64,000 nucleotides of DNA. Origin: Eledone cirrhosa (Eukaryota). This document shows, in pieces, positions 29,541-45,655 of this stretch. A program made the translations under genes and the position numbers. Numbering within the stretch: position 1 is the stretch's first letter; every line of letters starts with the position of its first letter. The notes below the pieces were generated by a model that did not search any database, was not told where the DNA came from, and saw nothing but the letters and a program-made list of their open reading frames with translations. The stretch covers positions 38,812,001 through 38,876,000 of the forward strand of contig OZ024751.1 of assembly GCA_964016885.1 (NCBI GenBank), read 5' to 3'.

Positions 29541-30059
29541 ATATACAACTGTCTTGTTTAATCAAATTCTTGCGATTCTATATTTGTAGTTAAAAGTGTG
29601 AGGCAAGATAACCACACAACATAACTATGTCGGAAACGCAATGGATTTTTTAGATGGATATGTGTGAATTCAAGACAATCAGGAGCAGCAATTCTAAGAA
29701 ATAACGTATTATTTCCTGCTCATAAGAAGAACATATTTCAGATGACACTGATGTTTATCAATTCCATATTAAAACATAAACTGCAAAAATACATTGATCA
29801 GCCCAAAGCTGTGTTACGGAGTATAAGTTCGTAGTTAAGGCACTCACATTTAAATGAATCAAATTCTCATGATATCTAAATCTTAATTGGAAATTTTGCA
29901 CTGAAACATGTTCCGCTAGCATTCATTTTATAAATTGCAGCTCAAAGAAATAATTATGAGTTGCAGGTCCTTTAAGATTAGAGAATTTTAAAATATTTAT
30001 CACGACTATTAAACGAAAATTGAGTTAAAGCAGCAAGCAAATATTGCTAAATATTGTAA

Positions 30060-30830
30060 TGTGACTAAGGAAGGCTGGAGGAATAAATACAGAAAAAAGC
30101 AGATTCTCGGTGATAAACATCAATTGAAATATACTGCTGTTGCTGAGTTTTACATGGCATGTCAAATGAGCTTAATGCATCGATACACGCAAGCCGACTG
30201 ATTGCTTTTCAATAATTCGTTCTTTTATATGTATTCGTAAAAAACATTTCAGATCCTTTCAAAAGTTCTGCTAACGATGTTACCGCTTCAACAATCTACG
30301 CACTGGAAAAAAATATTTAGATAAAATAAAAAGTGAAGCATAACATAGGATATGTGCAAGTTACTATAAAACCACAAAGTTGCAATGGAAAAAACTATAG
30401 AATGATGAAAGTGAAGTCGAAGAACAAAACATTAAAAAATTGTTAAGAAATCGGTAATGAAAGCCGAAAAAGTGTTTGGTACAATCCATTGTGAATGTTT
30501 TTACGTTTTCAAATCCGTAGAGTTTCAGCTGAACATGAAAGGTTAACTGAAGATTTATTCTCAGACACTTTTGATATTAACAAGATCACACCAGATCAGT
30601 TAAAGTTTGTATCTACAATAGAAATCCACCAAATATGTTGAGATGTGATAAGTGCGGTCTAGCAAAATATCAAAGTCCAGGAAGCTGATAATGAAATGGA
30701 AATTGAAAACATTTCAGTATTCAGCTATTTGATATACTAGATTACCGTGATCAAGATGGATCCCTGATCCAGGTATAAAAGGTATCGATATTTGGAATTG
30801 CTAAGGACTGTCTCGTAATATATGCGCAAA
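30060..30830 (+). mobile_element. Very decayed RTE-like reverse transcriptase relic
   Basis: Scattered collinear motifs KAGGIN, EKVFGTI (KAFD-like), EIENISVFSYL and FGIAK; no continuous frame. Confidence 0.35.
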
Positions 30831-31371
30831 CCTTAGTGATCGCGATGAACGGGTGGTCCCTAACAGCAACACTGCGAGTGCACTGGTTTGGATCTATTCA
30901 ATCAATGCTGCGTGAACAGCTAGATGAGTAGAAGTAACAACAAATGAAAATATCAATTATATATTTTACTTGAGCGTCTAGGAGGCCACAACACAAAGAT
31001 TCTCTCCACGACCCAAATTCTTCACGAAAAAAATTCCCTACAGATCGTGCCAGTCTTTCACATAATCATCTACCTTCACAAACAAGCAATTTAGACACCC
31101 AAACGCCTTTGTGTCAGGACGAGTTTAGAAAAATGTACTATGAATACGAGATAATGATGTCTAACTTCGGTATATACCCAACAATGCGGAGGAAGGAATA
31201 AATGAAGTATAGCGACTCCAGTAGTGAACTGTTACATATTCAAATTTTAAGATATATTTATATATTTATATATAGAGAGACAGAAAGAGTCATATATCGT
31301 TTGAGAAACTCATGGTATTTTGTACATAGATAAACCAGTTAACATTTCGGGGAAAATATGTACTTTAATTA

Positions 31372-31418
<47 letters not shown>

Positions 31419-31526
31419 AATTTATTCCGGTTTCAATCGGGGGTAACCACAGTAAGTAAGGCACTGAATACAAAGCAGAATATAAATATTTAATATAGAA
31501 AAGGCTTCACATTTATTATTATTACT

Positions 31527-31582
<56 letters not shown>

Positions 31583-31584
<2 letters not shown>

Positions 31585-31726
31585 CGAAGGAAATGTGGTA
31601 AGGAACCAGGTGGACCATAACGCACCAAAGTACTCAATACTTGAGGTAGTAGAGTGGGTAATAGGAACCAGTAGGACTCCGACAGCTGAGCTCAAGCCGT
31701 TTTGACGGCTAATTCTGGACGCAGTT

Positions 31727-31729
<3 letters not shown>
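31583..31729 (-). mobile_element. Fold-back PLE-derived element, family 1, copy D (short arm mostly deleted)
   Basis: Full long arm to AATTCTGGAC, then only GTTCCT of the short arm; TA flanks. Confidence 0.85.
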
Positions 31730-31779
<50 letters not shown>

Positions 31780-32654
31780 CTGCTTTATCTCCTAGCTACA
31801 TTAATACCATAAAATAGCATGGTTATTAATTGATACAAATCGTAGTTTTTACTTTACCAAAGCTAGACAACAACTTTCCAATTTTCCATATATATTTATT
31901 ATATTCATACCCGAAAATGCAGGTTTATGGCGCCTATATGATTTGCAAGTTTATTACATCCAATGTATATGAAAATTATTCCGATTTAAGTGCGGCGAAG
32001 GAAACATTTTCTTTCAATATAAACACGTCTCTAATTCAGACAGGTTAATTTTATATTCGCAATGAATTACTCCAAACAGAACCAATTTTCCAAAAGTATT
32101 TCTAACTGTATAGTTGCGTTAGTGCTTCACATCCATTTGTGAGTAATGAAATTTTAGAACGTCTTGAATTCATCACTAATCAGATTATTCTAGTTTATAT
32201 ATTCAAAACACGAAACATTACTCAAATATACAAGTCTAAAATTCTCCTTAAAATATCGCCACATAATCAATTGATTATAAATCGTTATAATGATATTAAT
32301 TACTCTAAGCGATATAAAGCATAAATTAGCTTTCTTAATATATGTAAATAGAAGCAAAATGTTTTAACTTATAGATACGTCTCTGATTAAACATTGATGT
32401 TACATCCGAGAAGTTAAAGATGTTAGTATTTAATGTAGTTTATTTTACAGCAGCTCATGGCATCATCAGTTCAACTGGACATGTCTGCAGAAATAAATTT
32501 TAATTATAATAAAGCAGAGCTCGTGAACATGTTTTATGTAGAAAATTATGGCTATTAGTTAGAAGCGTGATTTCATATGTGTATATATATATAGGGAGAG
32601 AGAGGGGGAGAGAAAGAAAGAGAGAGAAGGAACAAAGGAAAGAGAGAGCGAGTG

Positions 32655-32686
<32 letters not shown>

Positions 32687-32830
32687 GCGTGTATATATGT
32701 ATGTATTGAGAGAGAGAGGGTGAGAGAAACAGACATGTGTGTACGATTGTTCCTCCATAAGTTCTTTATTCGTTTTCCGTTATATCCTTTTTCTTAACTC
32801 ATTTATTTAACTTTCGAATACGCACGCGCA

Positions 32831-32936
<106 letters not shown>

Positions 32937-32973
32937 ATAAGAAGAAATAAAAGATGGTTAAAAAAGTTCCATG

Positions 32974-33045
32974 TATTTTATTATGCGCATTTCAAAAACA
33001 AATATCATCCAGGGACGATATTTGCGTTCTCATCAGAATAAAATA
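32974..33045 (-). ncRNA. Type I hammerhead ribozyme with long stem II (near complete)
   Basis: Minus strand: TATTTTAT-t-CTGATGA-[17-bp imperfect hairpin GAACGCAAATATCGTCC/GGATGATATTTGTTTTT]-GAAA-TGCGCA-TA-ATAAAATA; about 35 nt from a (TA)n tract. Confidence 0.7.
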
Positions 33046-33254
33046 GGGAAACATGATATGAAGCCTAAAAAACACTTGTGAGCAAGGAAGTGTCCAGTCA
33101 ATATAGGATAAATAAATTTAAAAGGATATAGAAGTTTGGAAAAAAGGAAGGAAGGGGAAAAAAAGGAAGGAAGAGGAGAAAAGGGAAAAAGAAAAAAAGG
33201 AAAAAGAAAGAGAGAAAACCAGAGTAAGAGTATAAGAAGGAAGGATGAGAGACA

Positions 33255-33320
<66 letters not shown>

Positions 33321-33630
33321 AACTGGAAACGCTGTCACACTGAAAATAACTTAATAACGGCTGTAAGTAAATAAATAAATTAATTAAAAAAATAAAAGAT
33401 TGATGAGGTTTATGATAGATGATGTTTATGATTACAGATATAGAAATTAGGTATACTATTTATTTAGGGTTTATATACTGAAGTATTTATTAAGAGGTGC
33501 GAAAATGTATTATTAAAATAAAATAAAGTAAAATAAGATAAGATAAATTAAAATAAAATTAAACTGTTGAGTGGTACTTATCCGATATCATCTGCATTGG
33601 TTTATTGTTCTACAATAAAACTCACCTCCT

Positions 33631-33733
<103 letters not shown>

Positions 33734-35073
33734 TATATATATATACAAATAAGGATTGCGCTAAATAACGTAAGGATGAGATTAGGAAAAGTGTGAATAG
33801 GTCATAATCCGTCTTCTTAAGACCCTAGGAAACTACGTTCCTTCGTGTACCCCACACATTTCTTTCACTAATACACACATTACATACAAGTAGAGTAACT
33901 ACTTGTTAAAGTAGTTAGTTAGATATTGATATTTAGTGCCCTTCACTGCCTCTTCCAATACAGGTTATTATAAAACCAATCTGAAGTATTTATATACAAA
34001 TCTACATCCACTGAAATCTGAACTCACATTCCAAATGTATCTGCAAATGTACCTAAGCTGGTTCTCTAATACACAAATCTGACGAAAATACGTTTCGAAT
34101 ATATCTATAAAGATCAACAGAAAAAAGTGTATTCTGTGTTGTTTTTTTAAAGGAATGTTTAGTGTACTTAATGCTTCATGTAGTTTAGTGTGGTACTAAG
34201 TTCGTTATCATTTACGCCTAACTACTTTCGATCGCTTTTCAGTTATCATAATTCAATCTATACTTTTTAGAGATTTATTCAATTTATTTTAGATTTCATA
34301 TAGGAAACGTCTGCTATATGTAACATACATATACATGTTTAAGTTAGATATTTCATATCACACCACTGGAAATAAAACAAGTATATGAACCAAAAATGTT
34401 TGGTACGTTTTATCATAAGAACAAAGAAAGGAGGAAAAATCAGCCATAATATATTAACAATAGGCTTCATTAAAGGGCAACACAAAGAATTATATCATTT
34501 TGTTTAAGTAAATGATATGTCATATTATATTTCTCATAATCTTACAAAGAAAGCAAGGAAACAATTTTCCATGGAGAAATATTATTTTCTAATCTTACAT
34601 AAATTAAATAAACGTTAAAAATAAGGCAGGAATCCTATTCAAACTATTGTACCAAGACCAAATCTGGTGGTGAGATTGTTTTGTTTTTGTTTTATGTTGT
34701 TTTAGGTTTGTTCTCCTTTTGTTTATTTTGTTTTGTTTTGTTTTTGTGGGTTTTTTTTTCTAGATTTAAACAAAGTTAAAATGTAAAAATGAATTAAATC
34801 TATAAAGGTTAAGCCTGGATCTTTAGTAATTACATTATTCTGTTGTACCATCTTTTTCTCCTAATTCCATCCAGATTATTCTGTTGTTTTTTTTGTTTTT
34901 TTTTTCTTTTTGTATTTTCTCATTTTATATCAACATGAACAGGGAAACAAAAATTAAATAAATGAAAGAAAAATATTAGAATGAAAATAGGCAATGTTTT
35001 TTTTTAGCTTCTTTGTTTTTATTTAATACTAAACTAACTCACAGGTTTTACAATCCTGTTCGATGTTCCATTG

Positions 35074-35202
35074 ATAATAATACTACTACTACTACAACTA
35101 CTAATGATGATAATAACAATAACGATAATAATAATAATAATACTAATAATAGTAATAATAATAATAATAATAATAATAGTAATAATAATAATAATAATAA
35201 TA
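35074..35202. repeat. (AAT)n/(ACT)n microsatellite
   Basis: Read directly. Confidence 0.95.
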
Positions 35203-36332
35203 AACCTATATGAATTTCTCAGCGCCTCTACGCTTTTGTTTCGATGCAATAGTGATGGCGTCAGACAAATGAAAAGTTGCGTGAGCGTTGCATGAAAACA
35301 GGTCTGGTGTATATTAAATCAAATGTTTTTATGCAGCAAAAGTAGAGTTATTTCATATATTTACAGTGGCAATATTTCATTCTTTTGGCGCCACACAACT
35401 ACAAATCAGTCAGTATTGCTAAAAAGGTCAACGGCTTAGATGATTAGGCAGTCAAAACATTTTAATGTTTTCGGTGTCTTTTTCCACTTTTTCCACTGAA
35501 GATCTTAAATATACTTGATGGTATCGAAATTGAAAAATTCACTTAATCTGACGAAATTTTCAATACATAAGTCATTTATATAGTTTGACTGTGTGAAAAT
35601 TATTTTATAAACTTCCTTTGCTTTTCGTTCTTCACATTAAATTATCTAGTATTATTACTTTTGTTTTGCTTTGCTTTTCATGTTATTCTCGTCCGATGTT
35701 TCGCCTTTACAATGTTGTATTAGATCGAACAGCCTATATAAATCCTCTTATCATATTGATTTTTAAACTTGAATATCAAATATAAAGGAGCTCGCTTCCA
35801 TATCTACATAGAAACAAACATCCAAATCGATTGATCAATTGTTTGCTCAAATCCATAAAAATACTACACAATGTATAGTCTTCACAATACAACATATATC
35901 TAACGTTCAGCCACCAAGCTCCTCAGTGATATTAACTATTGTCTATCACTTGCATTCTTTATCCTCCTCACTTTCTCTGTATCTATCTATATATCCATGC
36001 ATCTATATCAATTCTGTACACACACAAGCACACTCTCTCACTCACACATATTTATATGTATGTGTATGTGTGTGTTTGTGTGTGTGTATGTGTGTGTGTA
36101 AATAAGTAAATACAAAAAGAGTTTCGTAAATAAATATTTATAGGTATTTACCTATTGTACTACGTGTTTATCTATTTCAAAATCTATGCTCAAACACAGA
36201 CGGACATCTATATATATTCTTCCTGCTTTCACAGACTCAAATATATATTCAAATGTATATATTATTTTTTCTTTTGTTATTATTCCTCTTTTATAGAGCT
36301 GCCCTATTGCTTGCATTCACTCACACACACAC

Positions 36333-36380
<48 letters not shown>

Positions 36381-36384
<4 letters not shown>

Positions 36385-36554
36385 TATGACCCTGACGGCA
36401 GAGCTCAAGTCGTCTCGACGGATATTTCTGGACTAAATTAGAATATTTAGTCTGGTGTCGGGGTCATACTTTTCCTATTACCCACTCTATTAGCCCAAGT
36501 ATTGAGTATTCTGGTGCGTTATGGTCCATCTGGTTCTTTACTACAACTCCTTCG

Positions 36555-36556
<2 letters not shown>
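36381..36556 (+). mobile_element. Fold-back PLE-derived element, family 1, copy E (diverged, longer hairpin tip)
   Basis: Homologous long arm; centre GACTAAAT-tagaat-ATTTAGTC; the GAAA segment of the long arm is deleted; TA flanks. Confidence 0.8.
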
Positions 36557-36615
<59 letters not shown>

Positions 36616-36930
36616 CATACACACACATACACACACAAGGAGACGGCAACGTTATGTTTGCCAGCTGAGGAGACATGGTCAAAGTGAAAAAAATCCTTTG
36701 GCTCTCACCACTTCGTCTGAATCAGTCGAGTCACATATTTAAATCAAAGGACCATCAATTTGGAAGGTCATCAGTTTTGAGTCGATATAATAAAGTATTG
36801 TATTGGTGTCGAACGCAACAGACTCTACTTGCACTGAAAGTCTGTTGTCTTATGTTTGTGTGGAGAAAACTATTTATGTATCATCATCATCATCATCATC
36901 ATTTTACGTCCGTTTTTCCCTGCTTGCAAG

Positions 36931-36965
<35 letters not shown>

Positions 36966-37322
36966 GTGGGGTGTATGTGTGTGTGTGTGTGTGTATGTAA
37001 CGACACAAATAATATATAATTAAAATAAATTTAGTCTATAAAACTATTCTTCTTATATTGCTCAACAAAAGTGCATTATCTGCATATGGCATCTGATTTG
37101 CATGAATATAATCATAAGCATTGATACAAGAAAAAAAGACTTTATATTTCAATTTTATTATTCTTTTTATTTTTTTATTTTTTCAATTGAATTAAATCAC
37201 TTATCACTTCTCAAAAATCTAAACAATATTTATTTATTAATTACAGAAAAAATAATTAACACAAGATTATTGTATTTCGTGAATTAAATAGATGCGAATG
37301 ACAAAACCTGTTTGGTTTATTT

Positions 37323-37539
<217 letters not shown>

Positions 37540-39896
37540 TCAGATGCAAACACGATGAGAAAATATGAATAATAACTGATTCTATACTCTCGCTGTTATA
37601 TTCAGAAATAAAAAAATACAATGAAATAAATATATTCGTTCTTTGTTATCTTTGAACAATTTTAGAGTGGAAGTTAACAGTTGAGTCTCTAGTGATATTA
37701 ATATCACTGATGAGTCCGTTGTTGTTGTCCCCAGGTTCACACTTTCAACGCTAAGATGGAAATAGATATATATTCTTAACGAATTTGACACCAAGAATCA
37801 AATAAAAATTCGCAATAATCTGAAATTGGATATTATCTCCCCTGGCATTTCCTAGCATTAACTATTTTTTTAAAAACTTATATCTCTATAATTAATACTG
37901 AAAAACGCTAGAAAATAAAGATAATAATAAAATGTTACATTTCTTGCGGAATGTATCGAAAAATATATATGATATATTTTCTAAAATATGAAATATTTTT
38001 GTATCTTTGATTATGCGAATTATCTACATATTATGCAATGAAAGTTCTGAGTCTGTTTAAAATTAATTTGGTGGATTTGATCCATGTACCATTGGGTATG
38101 TATTCGACACCCACACCTAGCCATAATGTGGTTCGAATGGATTACACTCTGTTACATTCTTTTGAGTCAGTGTGATAACAAGTTCTTTCCAAACACCAAC
38201 CAGTTTTTGAAAACATTAAAACTAGTCATATATACTGTCCATTTATCGCAGAGTTTTGTCGTTCACCGAATGTCGTAGGGATAATTTATTTTGTTTCACA
38301 AAAAACTCAAACTAGCAGTTTATTTCATCAATATATATTGGAAAGAAGCTTCAAACTTCCCCGTTCAGGGTAGGAGAATTTATAGGCTATTTTTTTTTTC
38401 TTTGTTAAAATATGCTCATATTTCTACCTTTGCTAACACACACCGATGGAAATGGGGTGTTTGGGTCAAATATTTAAGGTAAGTTGGAGATATTCCCTAA
38501 ATCATTTGAGTATAGAAACAAAGAGTCTTGGTGAACTTTCATCCTTCACCAATCATTTTCTATTTCGAAAGGGAGAGAAACGATAATAGAAGCCTAGCAT
38601 TGTTTAGCTCTCTCTAGGTTAAAAGAATGAAAGGAAGATCATTTAAAAATATAAATAAAATCTAGACAACAAAATATTGCGGTCAGACCACTGAAACGAA
38701 TATATTAATGTCATCACTCACAGAACTGATACCGGAATTCTGAAGCAAAGCAAATAGAGAAGGAAAACCAAAATAAATAATCAAACGTGTGCAGAAACAT
38801 ATAATTCCTGTAAACTGACTAATGATGCGGTGTGTTACTTTGAGAAATAGGATTCTATAAATCTTTATAGGAAAATACTGTAACGTTTGATCGTAACTTT
38901 TGGAGAAAACATCGCTCCAGCAGATTTTACACCTCAACCAGGCTTATGTAGATTACACCATTTCCTAGAGCATATCACTTTATCTAGCTTTCTTCTTACA
39001 ATATTCTATAGTTTGATGTTCTTTTACACAGAATTGACAACACTTACACCGACACTTCAAAATATCTGAGGATACATATATATATTCATTCATGTTTGTG
39101 TTTGTCTTATTTGTTTTTTTCTGGGGTGGGGTAAAAACATTCTTATATTATAAAGATCTGGCAATAGAAAACAAATACTCATACACATACAAGCACACAT
39201 ACCAGCTCCATATATATGTGTATAGACATACATTTCTGAATGCTCACACATACACACGGAGAAGAACTAACCAGATGGCATTGCTATGTCTTGAACATGA
39301 ACATTCCTTTCTATATATGAATAGATATATATGTATGAAGACATAACTCATTATAGAGGCATAGGGGCGAATTCGCCTTTTCTGGTCAGTACACAACCGA
39401 TTTCTCATTGATAACAGAGAGTAAGAGAGAGATATGAAAGAGTTCTATAGGACGAATTACCCACGGTAGTGTACTGGTATTTTCTATCAACATCGTTGAC
39501 GTCGAGATGATATGAAATCAGAGTGTTTAAAGAACCAGGACGAATATAACAGATATTCTGGTCGATGTTCAAACGATACCGCCAATACGATATTTTACGG
39601 GTGAATATAAAATATAATTTATTTGGCACTGCATCCATTTAGCCAACAACACGTTTGGTTTTCTAAGGGTACCGTATTAATCGATACGTAAAGGGAATCA
39701 GATGAGGAAACAGTTATTTGTCTCTCCACTTCATATGCACACTGTAAGGTATGTGTTAAGGAAGTTTAGGGCAAAGTTCAGTCCTAGAATATTCTATCTA
39801 TTGCAATAGAAATTGTGCATCTCTTTGTAGTTTTGTCAGCTAGTATTGTATCATCTGCCTCTCATGATATTTACAAATAACATAATATATATACAC

Positions 39897-39947
<51 letters not shown>

Positions 39948-39974
39948 CAAACAGCATATATGTATATACATATG

Positions 39975-40016
<42 letters not shown>

Positions 40017-40279
40017 ACTAAATATTTGAATAAGCGATGTCATGAATGTTCCGTTACGTAACACCAACCCGTTGTTGAGATTGTTCGTTTCTTGAGATAG
40101 CCATTGAAAACAACTCAAGCGATAGTCGGCGGCCATATTCTATGAAATATATACATATAGATTCAATCTCAGTCTCTATGGAGAAAGAAAGCAGTAATGG
40201 GTAACTAGTTTCAACAAAGGAAGAAAAACTAGTGATAGGAAATTACGATAGTGCTGAAATTTTCAATGACACACACACC

Positions 40280-40825
<546 letters not shown>

Positions 40826-41437
40826 TATTTGATGCCCATATGTGTATATATAAATATATGAGTATATGGGGCGAGGTATTCGATGTATATGAATATTCTA
40901 AATATATATATTCTATATTTTATGGAGGAAGCAATATTCAGTTAAGACTCGGTTATCCTGAAAATGTATGAACAATATTTATTATGCCAATAAAATATAC
41001 ATTTACGTCGAATGAGTGAATAGTTGATATACGTTCTGTTATATAATTTAGATATATTTAACAAAAGAATACATCTTGATTTCAACGCTGGGAGTAAAGA
41101 AAATCTATACATGACTTCATAAAGTTTTAATCATAAAGGAAATAAATGTCATCAGAGAATACAATTCTGATTATTTTTCAAGCAAATAACAATTGGGACG
41201 TTTTATCAATAGAAATGACGTGATATGGTGAAGTAGATATGTCTACATTATTTTTCTAGAGTCATGTCTACAAAAGCTGTTCCCAGCTAATATATATACA
41301 TGCCTAGTTAACTATACAACTAGTTATACTTAAGTAATGCATATTTTACATGATATTAAAGATGCATCGAATTAATTATGAAGTCCTTAACAAATAGGAA
41401 ATAGAGACGTTATTTCTATTATATATAAAAATATGAG

Positions 41438-41970
41438 TAGGCGGCGAATTGGCGGACTTTTCGGAATGTGGGATATAAATCGTTCGTGGTAATTGTTCCG
41501 ACTCTTCTTAGTTCAAAGCCCACCGAGGGAAATTTTACCTTTCATAATTTTGAGGTGGATAAAAATGTTCCATTTCGGTACTGGGAGGGGACAATGCTTC
41601 AACTATATCCCCTTCCGCTTCCGCTTCTTCTCATTCCTTCCCAGGACGAAGTCGTCTGTAAGAAAACATAGAGATTAGATGGGGTCCGATAGGTTGTGAA
41701 AATATCAAAATAAAACCGTATACCACTGTTGCACCACCACAACTCCTTCAGGAGGTATGCGTAGAAAATGGAAAAATACAAGACAGTGTGGGGGGTGGGG
41801 GGCTTAGAATAATCGTTAGAGCACAGGACTAAATATTTTGTAGTAATTGGTTAAGGGTCTTTAGAATTCAAATACCGACACGGTGAGCATTGTCTTTCAT
41901 CAAGTATTGGGGTCAATTTCATCGACATCCACTTCCTAAATTCCCTAGCATCGTGCCTATATTAGAAATA
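41438..41970 (+). mobile_element. Two decayed Nin-like SINE copies (about 41438-41600 and 41800-41970)
   Basis: GGCGGCGAATTGGCGG...AGTTCAAAGCCC...CCTTTCAT; second copy GAATTCAAATACC...CTTTCATC...GGGGTCAAT...GTGCCTATATTAGAAA. Confidence 0.55.
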
Positions 41971-41984
41971 TATATCTATATATA

Positions 41985-42018
<34 letters not shown>

Positions 42019-42534
42019 CTCATGTACGTGATTAGTAAGTAGTAACAGCACATTATTATGTAGATTGCAATTACCAAGATATATTAATTGTAAATATGAG
42101 ATAATCGTAAAGATTTATAGGAGAATTCATGTGGTCACTATTTAAACATATTTCATCTTTTCAACACATGTACATTTAGATAGATAGATATACAAATAGA
42201 CATATGAGCAGACATGGATGGATGGATAGATATAGAGAGACAGCGTGTAAGAACATGAGAGAGAGAGAGACAATTAGGAGTTAGAATATAGGGAGAGAGA
42301 GATGGGCACAGGTAAATATGTAATATTAGCATTTATCTTGAGACCTTGCTTGCTATATGTTATAGGTAATTTCTGTATATTTTGTTAGCATGTATTGGGG
42401 ATGATTATATTCTTAAACAAATGTATTGTCAATATCCATTGTGGCTAAGTACGGTAGCTGAAGTAAAGACGACATATATACCGAGATTAAACACATATCA
42501 AATGATATGTTTTTCGATAACCTATGTGCTTATA

Positions 42535-42537
<3 letters not shown>

Positions 42538-42588
<51 letters not shown>

Positions 42589-42629
42589 GAGAGAGAGAGG
42601 AGGGAGAGAAAAATAGAGAGAGACAACTT

Positions 42630-42702
<73 letters not shown>

Positions 42703-42737
42703 GTATATATATATGTATATATATGTATATATATATG

Positions 42738-42812
<75 letters not shown>

Positions 42813-42953
42813 GTATATATATATGTATATATATATGTATATATATATATATATGTATATATAAATATGTATATATATATATGTATATATATAAATATGT
42901 GTATATATATATGTATATATATATATATGTATATATATATGTATATATATATG

Positions 42954-42988
<35 letters not shown>

Positions 42989-43011
42989 GTATATATATAT
43001 GTATATATATG

Positions 43012-43060
<49 letters not shown>

Positions 43061-43109
43061 GTATATATATGTATATATATATATATATGTATATAAATAT
43101 ATATATATG

Positions 43110-43187
<78 letters not shown>

Positions 43188-43207
43188 TGTATATATATAC
43201 ATATATG

Positions 43208-43239
<32 letters not shown>

Positions 43240-43241
43240 CA

Positions 43242-43306
<65 letters not shown>
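42538..43306. repeat. About 770 bp (TA)n satellite with periodic G interruptions
   Basis: Read directly; source of the 277-331 aa YI ORFs. Confidence 0.95.
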
Positions 43307-43309
<3 letters not shown>

Positions 43310-43901
43310 GTTGATAAAACCAACAAACCAACATCTGAAACATTATTGCACACATGAAGGAGCTGCGATATATTTAGTTCCAACCAGCCAAACACGAGAC
43401 AAAGGAATTCTTCTTTTATGTAAATAATGAATAAATAAAAGGCTAGGGTGAGAGTAGTGTTAAACAATGGGTGGGGATTCAAATCTGAATGAGATTGCTA
43501 ATAGCCTATTACTGATATTGATAAGAATATAATCGTTGCTAGATATATTTTATCTAAGACAAAGGACATTTGACGGAAAATAAATATATATCCGAGAGAT
43601 TGGTAAGGTGATAGATTTTATATAAAAAAAAATAAGTTCATTATAAGTAGTTGTATGATAATGAAGATAATGAATATTCGATGATGATCATAATAAACAC
43701 CTTTGATTGATTCTTCCTTTAACGTTAAACTATTATTTTCTTCGTATTTGTATGCAGTACACTGCATAGAGAAATGTTGATCAAACCTCTGAGTAAATGT
43801 GGTTCATACCTACGGATGACATACATACGTACACAAACTTAAACGCACACACACACACACATAGACAAAAAACATGCACACGCACACATATATATATAAA
43901 C

Positions 43902-43943
<42 letters not shown>

Positions 43944-45604
43944 CATATTTTAATAAACTAGTCGAGGCGCGTGTTCCACTACAAGCTGGAAGATATATCT
44001 GTGTGTTTAAGTCGTCGCAATGTTCCCGCTTCGAACTCAGTACGCAGTATATTGTGAGAGTGTTATCACATGGCATGAATGGTGAGACTTGGAGAAGCGA
44101 GGGAGTCATATATGTTTGACTGTGATTGGCATGTGACTTGAAATTCCAGCGAGCAAAGACTATAATAATAGAGGTATAAAACGATGGAGAGTGTCAATGA
44201 TTGACATAATACCGAGTATCCTGTCTAGTATCATATTGTGAACAATAGCATCATAGTCATATGTGGAGGAGAATTTCTTCCTTGTAATGAAGTTAACTAG
44301 TATTGTATGTATGTATCTATGTATGTGCATGTAACTCCTATTTTTTATAAGGCGGTATTTCTCGGATCCTTGAAATCGTAACAGACGCAATAACCATTGC
44401 TGAGAAGATTTTAACGGATTTCTTCGCAAACATATATGGATAATACAACACAACCGTTTTGATTTATTTAATTGAGGGACGTTATTAAGAACAAGATCTC
44501 TTCTTTCATATTATTCTCTCCCTTCTGACCCCAATCTATTTCATTACGTCATTTAACTGCAAGAGATAACGAAATGACACGCAGTACATATCTGCAAACG
44601 ATAGAATGACATTTACAACATAGTTTTATAAAGTTGTTTATGAAAATGGTAAAGAAAATATCATTTCAATTCGAAATAGAGGACATTGTTTGTGTTAAAG
44701 TTGCATAGGATGAATGAAAGAAGAAGAAAGTGAATATGAAGAGATAATAGTCAATTATCTTTAGAATGTCGGCTTGTTTCAGATCGATGTTAGAGTCATG
44801 CTCTCTTTCACATTAACCTTTGATCCACGAATCATTCGCCATTGATGACAGCTTATATCAGCTCTAATAAGCCGGCATCAATTCAAGCTACGTGCGAAGG
44901 ATTAACAAGTCATTTTTCTTCTTTTCATTTCTAACAGGATATATGCTTTCATCGTCCCTAATCTCACAAGTGAAACGCTACAAACCACTGTTTTTGGCGC
45001 ACACATCTGACAATTCTGAACAAACAAACTGTAATGAAGATAAAAATTCCTCTGGCGATCTAATTTATTTCAGCTTCCTTAATTATCAAATATAATGAAG
45101 AAAATTATTGAAACACTTTTCTTTCTATTCCCGTTGCGTTCTCTCTGTCTTTTGCTTGTCTCTCACCTCCTGTTATTTTGACTCCTTCTTTCCCTCTCTT
45201 CAACTTTCACAAGACAGCACTAAATACTAATTCAGCTGTGAAGTTTTCATCAATAATATTGCTTTATTTCTGATTAAGAAGAGAAGCTATGTATTGCTAA
45301 GAGGGAGATTGGAATTCTATGGTGTTCAAACTTTTGCTAACTACATTTTTGGAGCTATTAAAGTGGTTTGAATTAGGTCTTGATTTCCTGAGAGGTGAAC
45401 CATTGACCTACTTTGCTATCAACTTCGTATACACTATTTTGAGGAGCCAACGAGAGACAACCTACGCAGGTGATAGATCTGCTAGAAATACCAGCCATAT
45501 TCTCCTCAAATTTTGCCTCACCTGATGAAAAGTGTGAAATTAAAATAGCAGTATTTTTCTATATCCAATAAGTATAATTTGGTCTCGCAGTCTCAGAAAT
45601 GTCC

Positions 45605-45655
<51 letters not shown>

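Noticed and set aside
29066-29565. Minus-strand ORFs of 60-136 aa
   Set aside because: Antisense to the CR1 fragment.
37700-37750. CTGATGAGTCC hammerhead-like start
   Set aside because: No complementary stem II strand and no following GAAA.
42382-43482. Long ORFs (up to 331 aa) and all other YI/HT/VC/SL/RE-rich ORFs
   Set aside because: They are translations of stop-free dinucleotide repeats.
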